A DNA stretch of 64,000 nucleotides from Callorhinchus milii (Eukaryota): the NCBI RefSeq assembly GCF_018977255.1, contig NW_024704742.1, positions 48,920,001 to 48,984,000 on the forward strand, read 5' to 3'. Shown piece by piece: positions 14,370-26,010 of the stretch (position 1 is the stretch's first letter; each line of letters opens with the position of its first letter). The translations under genes were made by a program, and so were the position numbers. Below the pieces are notes generated by a model. The model was not told the DNA's origin, did not search any database, and saw only the letters and a list, made by a program, of their open reading frames with translations.

Positions 14370-14848
14370 CACTCCTCTGCCTTCCGTCACCTCTGCAACA
14401 CCACCCACCACTACCTCTTGCCCCTCGCTCCCGAGACCCTCCTCCAGACCTTTATTATCTCCAGGCTCAACTAATTTAATCCTGTCCTCAGCGATTACCC
14501 CAGCTCCTCTCCACACAAGCTCCTCCTGCAACCCTACTGTTCTCGCTACTCCATCTATTCAGTCTGCTGCATGTTCCCTACCCACTCCACCCCACTATTC
14601 ATGGGCAAGTGTTCAGCCATTCGGCCGCACTCTCTGGACCTCCTCGGAGTCCCTACACCAAGTCCCCTCCCTCCCTACTTTCAAACCCCACTTAAGACTT
14701 ATCTGTTTGACAGTGCTTTTGGACACCTCCCCCATGCCTAACCCCTCAGCTTCCCTCTCCAAAACCCTTCAGCTCTGGTTTCCAATCAGTTGTTTGAGAC
14801 ATCATCATGATCTGAAAGGTGGGTATATAAATATAAATTGCTGTTGTT
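14370..14848 (+). mobile_element. Degenerate L2 LINE 3' fragment
   Basis: CTCCAGGCTCAACTA (SRL.Y motif remnant), CTTTCAAACCCCACTTAAGACTTATCTGTTTGAC, and a TATATAAAT...TGCTGTTG tail. Confidence 0.7.
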
Positions 14849-15025
14849 TGGCCTTGCTAATCGGGTTAGTTTGGTGGGTAAACAGTTTTCTGGTACTAGT
14901 GCAAATTGCCAGTGGCGGTTAGGCCAGTGCTGATGTAGCCCGTGACTCACATCAATTACACTGCAGAGCAGAAGCTGGATTGGGCACAGATCCGGCGTCT
15001 GTGAAACAGCGACTGTCATGATGCA

Positions 15026-15283
15026 AATAATAATCCTGGCATTTCATATAGGCCTTATCACATCACTGAGATGTCTTTTTGAATAGGGCCAAGGGATGTT
15101 TAACGTCCACCTGATCAGACAGATGGGACCTCAGTTTAATGTCTCATCCAAAGGATGACAAAACTCACCTCACCAACACTACATTGGAGTGTCATCTTAG
15201 ACAATATGATTCCAAGTCCTGACATGGGGCTTGAACCCACAATCTTCTGACTCGGAGGCAAGAGTGCAAAAGACTGACACACA
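15026..15283 (-). mobile_element. SINE family B with internal deletion
   Basis: Reverse complement of the head (GGGGCTTGAACCCACAATCTTCTGACTC) joined to the (TAA)n tail. Confidence 0.7.
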
Positions 15284-16842
15284 ACATCCTTGTACATATA
15301 GTGGCCATTTATCCCTTTGCTAACTGAAGGGGTATGCACAGAGATGTGGACTGATCCCAAACCCCTGCTTGGGTCCAAATCCCTAACTGTCCAGCGCCTT
15401 GGGATATCCTTCCAATGTGAAAGGTGCTTTCAATGGAAGGCCTTGTGGAGGGGATCTGGAGCAATTGAAAGTGAGCGCTTGTGGGGATCAGTAGTGGATT
15501 GGTTGTGTAGTGAGTCTCCATCGCCTCTCCCCCCTTTGCCCTTTTATTCCAGGCTCACTATGTATGTAACAAGTGCCTTGGGCTCATGCTGTGCTCTCAG
15601 GCAGCTGGAGGACAGCTCATGCACTTGTGTAGTTGGGGGAGGGGACAGTATTAGTCTCAGCCTCCCCTTTCACCCCAGTTACTTCCTCTCCACTACTTTT
15701 CTTGTAGCAGACGGCTGGTGGCTCGATGCATAAAGATCATTAACTAACAACTGAGCACCTTCCTTCTCTGTTTACGCTCAATGTAGTTGAGTAAAGAGGC
15801 TTTGAGTCAGTCCAGCCCCAGTAGTATGCAGCCATTATCAGGAGCTGTATTAGGCTTTATCCAGCGAGGGCTCTGGTTTGCCCTGGGCTTCATCAATCAT
15901 TTGATCAGATCCCCTTCATACAATCATGCCTCATTTAATCGCATCAAGGAGTGGTAAACTGGGGATGCCTGTACACATTAATGTTTCAGTGCTTGACGTT
16001 TCTAGCAACTAAAAAGGCCCTTAAAACAAAACAAATACTGATGAATAAATTAAAACGCAACATAAAAGTCAAGATTTAACTGTTTTAGAATTTTGATCTT
16101 AAGGAATTACAAATAATAAAATAGACTTTTCATTATTACTTCATTTCCCCCCTTCCCTCCGGCATATTCATTTTGATAATTTTCTTAAAGGTTAGAGTAG
16201 ACCTGCAACAACCCTCATCAATGCTAAAGTACTTACAGGTAATTCAAACCTCTGGCTTAAAGTGCACTCACTGGAGGCCGCGTTTCTCAGAAAAAAAGAA
16301 CATTGCAGTTTTTTTATTTTTTTCAAAAGGCTTTTTATTGTGTTACAGGAAACCTAATACAGACAGAAACTCTCCAGACCAGCGACAGCACAGGGTTATT
16401 AAGAACTTTAATAAGAATTAGTCCAGATCCAAAAGTACCAGACAATTGTCCTCCTCAGCTCTGAATGCTCACAGGCATCCTTTAATGCTCAGTGAAAGTG
16501 TCTGATAGCCGATCGAACTTGGGATGGCTTTATGCTAGCTGTTATATTGTATGTCTCGGTAATGCGCTGAATGTTAACTTTAATCTACTTTTCGCCATTA
16601 ATGGTTCTTCGAAAAATGTTAACGTGCCCTTAACTTTACGGCAACGCGGTTTTACTTCATTCTAATCGAATGTGCTGGGATTATGTCCAGGCGAACTCCC
16701 GAATCTGAACACATTTGTATTTGAGCAATTTACTCTTGAAAATGAGCGAAACCAAAACTTGCACGAATAAAAGCGATTTGATTTCTCGGAAGAAGCTGCT
16801 TTTATTCCGAAGACTTTGGTCAAGTATGAAGTGAAAGGGGAA

Positions 16843-16912
16843 AGAGAGAGAGAGAGAGAGAGAGAAGGAGAGAGAATGGGTGGGTGGGGGTGCAGGGGGG
16901 GGGGGGGGGGGA
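16843..16912 (+). repeat. (AG)n microsatellite followed by a G-rich/poly-G tract
   Basis: Directly visible. Confidence 0.95.
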
Positions 16913-19900
16913 GAAAGAAAAGAGACTAGCTACATACTCCATTTAAACGTTTTTAATAACGATTGTTTTCTGTGCAGCAAGCTCACACCAAATCCTGGAG
17001 GAATTAAAGATCTGATTAACGTTATATTTTCCACCAGACAGAATGGAGCAATAAAGCAAACAGCGCGGAAATGGAACTTCACCCATCAATTAGATATCTA
17101 TTAGCAGCCAATGCAGGCTTCGCCACAGGAAATGTCACTTCACAGGAACATCCAGTGCTTTCACTTTCCTTGTCAAATTAAAGAATTCTTCATGGCTCGA
17201 AATATCACCCAAACAAACCTTTTGTTTTAGCACACCACCTGCTTATTCCACCCTTCTAAAACACAACCCAGTGTGAGTGAGCAGGTTTCCCTGTGCACCT
17301 GCACAGAGGATCTGCCTTTAATGTGCCAAGGAAAATCATAGCCTGCACACGCTCTTTCATTAACAACTACACTCTCATTATTTTTCTAATCGTTCCCGTT
17401 TTTGAGACAAACTGCGGACCCCGAAAATGTAGCGTTATGTCCACCTTCCCCTACCGCTCAGTGTCAATCATCTTTATTATTTATGGGCATTTCGTTAAAA
17501 AAAATAGTTTACTCAAATGCAATTGCAAAGAGTCAGATATACTGTATTATAATAATAGTCAGGAGTCTCCAAGAGTTTAAACACTCCAAATAGCCAAAGA
17601 GCTGATATAGTATTTAATAAGTAAAATGGATCCAGAGAGAATTGTGATATGAAATTAGTAAATACATACCCTCTCATCTGTAGTTTCTAGCAGTCTACTC
17701 TCAACCTCACCTAAGTTCTTGGCTTTGTGCGAGAGATCATAAAGGTATTGGTTGAAACGTCTCGGTAAAACTTCAAAGAAAAAGTCGAGGAGATAACTCA
17801 CTTGCATTTCACTGATGATGAAAGCGGTTCAAAGCTTTAAAGAGCGAATTATAAGGTTTTCCCCCCACTTTGAATTTGACAATAGCGTTCCCTTCCCGCT
17901 CCCAACGCAAATGCAGCACTAAAGATACTCACCTTTTGTCTAGTGCATTGACTGAATGTCTCTTTTTCTTCCTCTATATAGCTCAAATCTAGTACTTTTC
18001 ACACAAAAAATCCCAACAACAGACGAGGGATCATTTATCATCAATGATAGTTTGGCAGTATGACAACTGTGTCTCTGCTTTACAGTGACAAAGACTGAAT
18101 CTGCCTTATAAACCTCCCCCACTCCCCCCCCCCCACCCCCCAAAAAAAAATCAAGGAACTTGCGAAGCAGAAAAGTTTCGGTATAAAGAAAGTACTGTTG
18201 CTCCATTCAAGGCAGTGAATCGAAATGGGTATTTACAAATAAAAAAAAACAGCTGAAGACGCCGGTCAATGCATAAAAGCTGCCAAGCAGCTCAGATGGA
18301 CATGCTCTGTGGCTAATATTATAATTTTCATAATGCTCTTTTATGTTCTGCCAGACTCCTCCGGTGAGGAGCCCGCAGAGCTGGTCAAAGAGGCTTTGAG
18401 AAGTGAGCAGAGGCGGGCAGCGAGAGCTGAAACCCCCCGCCGGAGTGAGTGGCACTGTGTGGCCGGGCCAGGGCTGCTCCCCCCCCCCCCCCCCCACCCC
18501 ACGCCTGCAGCACACAGCACCTCGCCTCCCTCCCTCCTCCTTTAACGTGCGCATTTGCCACAGTAAAGGGTGGCCGCGTCAAGCACCTTCACCACTGTCT
18601 GTCTGTCTCCCTTTCTCCCCAGCGCCTGGGCGATCCTCTCTCCCCCCCCCACCTTGAATAAATTCAATGCTCCTTCCCTTCTTCGTCCCCTGTGTCCCCC
18701 CCCCCCCCGTGCATTCTGCATTTGCTCGTGTTTCTCCAGTTGACACTGTCTCTGCTCTGCTCTCGACGCTCTCCGCTTTCACTCACTCACTCACTCACTC
18801 AATTGTTGCATCGGCGTACAATTAAAGCCGTTTTATTTATTTTTTGCTTCAGCTTTTCGTCCCACGGAAAGGCACGTTTTCTTCAAATATTCGCCACGCA
18901 CATGCATGGTTTTCCGTCACTTTTATGCTGCTGCTGTGGTTTGCAGTCGCGGTGCCGCTGCAACTGATCCCCGACTGATTTCGTCCCGTCTTTCACGTTC
19001 ATTTCACGTTAAAATGACTTTCCATCTCTTACGCGCCCTCATCTCTTGCGCTGTGCGAGCTGCACCTTATGAGTTATAACTATAACATTATAAATCGAGC
19101 AGATTTATTTTCCTTCGTATGCTTCACGCGTTAATTGCACACTTGTTCCCCACTTTGTCTCTTATTAATTCTCTGATCTGATTTTGGTACGTTCCCACCT
19201 TCTCCCTTTTCGCACATTTGGCCCTAACCCCTACCCTTTATTTCATTCCCCAGCCCAGAACATGCAGTTTTCAAAAGAAATAATTCAACATAAAGGCCAT
19301 CTCGTTAAACACACCCTCGAAAAAGTAAATACCCGCCGCCACCACCTAAAAGACTTGGAAACACTTTGAGTGGATTTGGACGCACAAAGTGATTTATTGA
19401 ATACCGGCTTTGGTGGCGATGGGCATTTTTCTTCTTAACTGCTTTTATAGTACACAATAATACAAACCTGAACCCCGAATTACATTCATTGATACCATGT
19501 TGCTATAGTGGGTCATTATCTATGGCACCGTGGTAATCCTTACTAACTTGGGAAAAGATAACCCTTTTATTGTAATTCATCACGTTTGGACATCCCTTTG
19601 TTCCCTTTTCTTGGAGATTTAAGCAAATACAGCACACAATTGATTTGCTCTAAACGAATGTCCTCAGAATGACTTGAACTATTTATGTGAAATTTATTAA
19701 CATTTACTGCGTTTAAATGAATTATTGCGATTTCCACGTGAGCTCTTTAAAGTTAAAACAGTTGCAATCGCTGCTTCTGAAGAATGTGCCTCCATGAATC
19801 AGTTTTAATTGTATTCGCCAGGGTAGTATATTTACCACTACTAAGGCTAGACTCGGGAAAGCGAGAGAGATACTTCAGCATTGATCATTTTAATGTCTTC

Positions 19901-22900
19901 ATCGAGCTTGAACTGGGGAGAAAGCTCATCCTACAAAAGAGTGTGTATATATGACTCAAGTATATCCGTAATCAATGAAAGTGAAACCAAACTAAAACTC
20001 TTGTTTTATTTGCCTGAAAGGGCCTCCATTTATCATCTCACAAGACAGCTTCAATGATCTTTATCTGCTTTGCCCAGATTCTGACCCAAATTCAGCATTT
20101 TTATGGAAAATTGCAGTCAGTTTGATTGATGAAATCTAAAGGCGCCTAAAACGGCACCAAAGCTCCCCAGCAGTGGAACTCCAACTGAGTGTATCAATGT
20201 TGGCATTGTCCCTGCAAAAAAAAAAGTGGAAAACGGGTAAAAAGTTAGTGATTTTTTTGTTTAAAATCCCAAATTTCAAAAGAAGATACCGAACCCTATT
20301 ATCTCTACCCGCACGTGCACACAGATGTTATCCATATAATCCTCATCGAGTCTGAATTCGAAATAAACCACGTCTGTGCAGATGGACAAATTTACAAATT
20401 TACACGACTGCGTTTATTCTCGGCATGCAGATTCATTTTACTTATTAATGTAATGAGAGAGTATTGATTAAATTAATTGTTAGAGCCAATTTTATATATC
20501 CGGTAACTGGTTATTGCCTCTGTCCTCAAAGGGTGCACATCAGGGTCACAGCGGTAAGGTCGCCGCTAAAAACGCAGCAATTATGTGTGTTAGTTCTATA
20601 TTGACCATATTCTGTTTGATAAACAGAGATTGGGTGAGAGGTGTGCATTATTGCATCATTTATCAGGTATTACCAAAATTGATTTATACATCGATGCAGG
20701 ACGCTCGGAGGCACTGTAGAGTGTGGGCAAAAGTAATAATGAATTAAATACTTAATGTGGCTGAATTAACCCAGTATGCATAATGCACATTTCATTTGCC
20801 AACAACAAAATAAGATTGCTTCAAATTCTTTGCCAATAGCCCACGAATCAGAATGAAAACCATCTTCATTTTCGCATTGGTTAAAAGCAACAACGTAACT
20901 TGGTGATAACTTTTGTTTTTTTTTGAAAGAGTTAAGAACTAATTGTAGTGAACGTGTTTGGAAAAAGGTGGTCAGAAAACAACTCATTGTTTCTGTTTGG
21001 CTGCGCGGTGCTGTAAAATCATGCTCCGGTGGTTTTTAGGGGGAAAAAGTATCTGGATGAAAATCAGATGATTTGAACTTGGAAACCCAAACTAAACATG
21101 CAACACTCAAACAATGTCTGACAGAGTGCACCGTGTAGTCAACGCGTTTGAGCAAACGGACAATGCATCTCATATACTGAATCGTTACCGTCCATGTCCT
21201 GTCTTGTTTGCTTTGATATATTGCTGCAAAATATTGACACCTGCCTAATTGTTCTAAATTGCCACCTCTTACAACTAACGGGGGGATCTGGCTCCCAGAC
21301 ATGCTGATAGACTGAAAAGTTGATGAATGTAATGCTACTAGGGGAAGATTTGGGTGGCTGTCTCCTGTCACATTACCCAAAGGGAATTTCGATAAATCTT
21401 CCTTCGGTTTTAACCACTTTTGCCCTCATACTCCTTCGGGCGAGTGATGCTGTGTTAAGAGTGTGCTGGTGTGCCAATGTTCAGGAACAGCTGCTCCTAA
21501 ATACAGACAAGCCCTTGTCAATTAAGGCATTGACAAGCAGGTCCACATAGCCCTGGGGCGTTTAGCAGCCAGCAGTGTGCAGCCCCGACAATTAGTATCA
21601 ATTTTTACAGAGACCTCGAGGGCACAAATGCACAGCCCCAGTAAGAAACAAAACAACAGGCAACTCCAAGGCTAGAATCTGCCGGAAATTCAGATGATAC
21701 TGAGCAGATGACTACTCCGAGGCCATTTGTGAGTGCGTTCCCTCCAGAGTCCATACTGCAAAGCCCTTTTTTTTTCCTGTGCGTGTCCTCACTCTGTCTG
21801 CCAAGGCTGCAAAAGGCTGTGGCACGCACCAAGCCCCGCAGAAGATGAATGAAGACATTCTTTATCGTCTATATGAGCAAAAGTTATCCCCTTCCCGTGT
21901 CCTTTGTGACCAGTGTCACCTCCAGCAGCTGGTGGCATGCATCGCTCCCATGGTCCTGCCCTTTGGCCCGGGAGGGTTGGACAAGGGAGCCCGCTCCAAG
22001 GAGCAAAACTGAAATGTCTCAGGTCAGAGAGGCCAAGCTACCAGCAGGACTGCAAATGCATCAGGAGTTGAAGGAAACAAAACGCAAAAGGACAAGGAGG
22101 CCTGGGGTATCATTAGTGGAGGTGTTTGTTTAACTAATTAGGAAGCTGGTAGTCGGGGAAAAGTGGCTTGTTAGACATGGCACCGCTGAGGGAAGGCAGG
22201 GTTCAGCATACAGGAGGACAGGGGACATCACAGCACTGACTAGGTGACCCTGTGAAGTTCAAGAACAGAACAAACAGCACATGCCAAAGGGAACAGCAGT
22301 CAACTGGAAGGCAACAAAGCACATGACATTGAAAAAAATGATTCAGTATTAAATATGGGAAAGTTTAGGGACAGGGGCAAAAGGTCAAGAAAAGTCAACA
22401 AGAGAGCAGTCTTAGTGAATGGAGGAATTTAATATCAAAAATACATAAATCTTCAACTGAGGGCAGCCACACAATGAACACAAAAAGGGATGAGTGTCCG
22501 AGTCAACACTGATTTGATAATGGCACGAAAACGGATTGCTCCATCTTGTTAACATGCGATGTAAAAACTTAACAAGAGATAAAAGCTGTGGTTAGTCTTA
22601 AGGATGACAGGCGCAGAACTGCTCTTCTGTGTTTTTGCACATATTACAAAGCGAGAGGTGCGGGAATAATCCCGTTTTACAATACAACTCCTGACATAAA
22701 TGGAAAACATTTAGATGCATGCAGAAGGAAATAAAGAACTGATAATGATTTCAAAAGGTTCAAATCACTGTTCACCTCATCATTGTTAACACTGTTCATG
22801 TATTCAATGTTTCAATGCATTGCACATCGACCTGTTTGGAAAGACTCATTGTAGCTATACCATGCCACGTACAGTACCGGATTAACTCAGAACCCATGTT

Positions 22901-25752
22901 AATAACAGGATATAAACATATATCTATGTACCTGTTATATGTAATCATCACGGCAACTCGCTTTCAAGTTTTAAAAATCAAATTACGACGTTTTTTTTTG
23001 GGGGGGGGAGGCTATGAGAATTTAAATGATAAAGTTTGGAATTGTTTATCAGATTTTGAGCATGTCTTATTTCTTCTGTAACACATAACACTGTCAATTA
23101 AAAAAAAAACACCATGTGTTCGTGTACACCTGCTGACGCTAAATGGTCATTCATGAATGACCAGTGAGTGCACCTATAACTTCGATGAATAGGATATGGT
23201 GTTTCCTGGTCTGGTCATGATGACCTAATGCCTTGGCTTTAGCACAGGATATTGTCGCCTGTCTATATAATTCTGGGGTGTAGTGTAATACAGAAAATTA
23301 CAGATTAGATCATCTGGGTGGCATGTTACACAGTGCGCTGAGGTCAGAGGCAGTCAGTCCATCCATTAGGAGACAGTAATTGCCTCAGGTCTGACACAAT
23401 GTCATGCACTTCTGCAGACACCATCAATCTCCATCCAGTTATCCTATTGTGTACGGTTTGCTAATCCGGGTCATCAATTCAACATTTTACTTATATTTTG
23501 CCCAAATCACCGATGATTGTGCAAGTATTTAACCATAAGCACAAAGCGACTCGTCTCAAAGTTCTGTATTCTGGTCAGAGCAACAACCCATCCCCAGCGC
23601 TCTACTTTCCCTTTTCTGTATCTATTTCTGTCAATTTTATTTGCCTCCAATTGGCTTTGTCTTATGTGTTTCTTTTCATTTTAGTTTTGAACATTTTCCC
23701 CGTGCTTTCAGCCTCTTCAATTCGCTTATACTTCCCCTGTCCTCTTCAATTTTCCTTCCCTTGCTTTCGAAGCTTCTTTGGAAATGTAATTGTTCTTCAT
23801 AACTTTTTATACCTCAATCTCCCCACACATTCACACCTCACACCCTCCCATCCTTTACCACCCCCCACCCCCACCCCCCTCTTTTTCCCCCCCAGCCACC
23901 TTTGTCCCTTCCGTTCCACTGCTTCATATTTCTTCATAAAAACGTTATTATTAGGGAAATCCTTCCTTTTCTGACAATTTAATAGTGCAAACTAATCATC
24001 TGTGTGACATTCTCCATTCATCTACCCAGAAGCCGAAAACAAAGAACGGCTTTTCTTCAGACAAACCCACTTCCCAGTCTATTTTAAGACCAATTTTAGG
24101 TCAACAACTGTACACAATGCCACCTTTATGTGTTTGACTGATCATGTTTATGAAACCAATATTTCCGATGTATTAATAGGAGTTTGTGCTCCTTTTGAAC
24201 GCGATGTAACCTACAACCAAACAAAGATGAACTGTTCACTCTTCCAACAATTTGTCAGATGCACTTATGTAATGTGTGGCTCATTTACAACAAATGTAGT
24301 TTTACAGCAAAGTTGTACTCAAACTGTTTATGGTATGATGATGGAGTGTTAGCCAAACAGCTCAATTTAGCGCTTGTTTAAAGCACTTCTTGAAGCATTT
24401 TCCAAAGGGAATCGCCGGCACAAAATTATTCCAACGGGACTTCACCTCAAGGAACTCTCCAATAACGTCAATTCTGGCAACAGTAGATTAGGGGATAATT
24501 TTTAATATATATGCAATAAATGTTCACTTTGTTACAATGAATGACAGAAAATAATATCGGCAAATCTTAATATACATCTATTACTGACAAATGATCTACA
24601 CGCATGGTATATTTAAGTTTTGATTAATTTATTTGCAGATTATTTTTGATAAAGCAATAAGTATTACGGCGAGCTTGACATTTGCTCTTCATTGCGGGTG
24701 CTCAGAATGAATATCCCTCATTAGAGGGCGACGATTAAGTTGTTTAAATGCTATTAATAATTAATTTCTTGCAATTAATTTCCCACATTGTTGTGAAAAA
24801 AAAATGGGGGTGGGGGGGAATCGATTTTTATAAGGACTGACCGATTATAAGGACTGACCAAACGAACCCCCGATGAAATACGTGGCAATCGATGAGCAAT
24901 GTCTTGTGCACACACAGATTGAAGTCTCCCAATCCTTTATCCAGAACAATTATTATTTATGGGGATGATCTTGTTGCATGCATTCGAATGAGAAATAGAT
25001 TTCGTATATTGTAAAGTCACAAATATTTGAGATTGCAATACGAATAAATCGTGGAGCGTGTCCAATACCAGCAGAAACTAGAGCAGAGTAATATTTGTGT
25101 GGCAGAGTAACTTGCATTGTGCACCTGTAATGTTCAGCACTTAAATTCGGTCTTTAAATAGAAACTCGGGTGGTTTACAAGTCGAGGCAGTTCGGAAAGC
25201 AAAAGAGAGCGTTTGTTTTTTTTCCCCCAAAGTTTGATATTGTGCAGTGATCTGCGGGTTTTTTTTTGAAGTAAAATGATCATTTGGAATACGCAAAGGC
25301 CACGATTTTGTCAATTTCAGAACGAACGGGAAACCAGCGGCGAAAATGTTTCCCTGAATTCATTCACCCTTTGAGGATAAAGGGAGCGCCCAGTTGAGGT
25401 ATTGCTTAATGGTTTTTACCTGTTCCTTGTGGGGGGTGAGGCTGTCTCTGTGCACCCACCCGGGATTAAACAAGTCGCCCGACTGCATCAATTCCACGTC
25501 CTGAATCCTGGACTGACAATATATCTCCTTTCACAAAAAGAAAGTTGCACTATTGTTTGTGATCACATCTAAAGGGGGTTATCATTAACATCCTATGTAC
25601 TGTACAGTAACAGATAGGGATAGTCAGTTCCCCTCTACACATGTGGTATATATATATATATATCGTAGCCGACGTTTTCAGCTTCAAGGTTGTGGGGGGA
25701 GAGTTTCATGAAGTATCCAAACAACTGACCCAATGACTTCCACTGACTCCCA

Positions 25753-26010
25753 TCAACAACAACTTGCGTTTGAATAGCGCCCCTCACGCAGGGTAGCGTC
25801 CCAGAGCGCTTTGCCAGTGGTGGAGCCTGATGCCAAGCGATGGAGAGTGGAGAGGTGACCGTGGGTGAGCAGGGGGGGGGGGGGGGGGCTGCAGGCGCGA
25901 CCTGGAGATGGGGAAGGAAGGGGCCAAGGCGGGGGAGGGGATAGAGGAAAAGTGTTCCTGAGTTTCCAGGGAATAATGGCTGAAAGTGCGGCCACCGAGG
26001 TCACGCCACA
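25753..26010 (-). mobile_element. L2 LINE 3' end (the only clear TE within the 16-30 kb domain)
   Basis: CAACAACAACTTGCGTTTGAATAGCGCCCCTCACGCAGGG...TGGCTGAAAGTGCGGCCACC. Confidence 0.8.

Noticed and set aside
23498..23974. 158-aa hydrophobic ORF
   Set aside because: Translation of a pyrimidine-rich low-complexity tract; non-ATG start.
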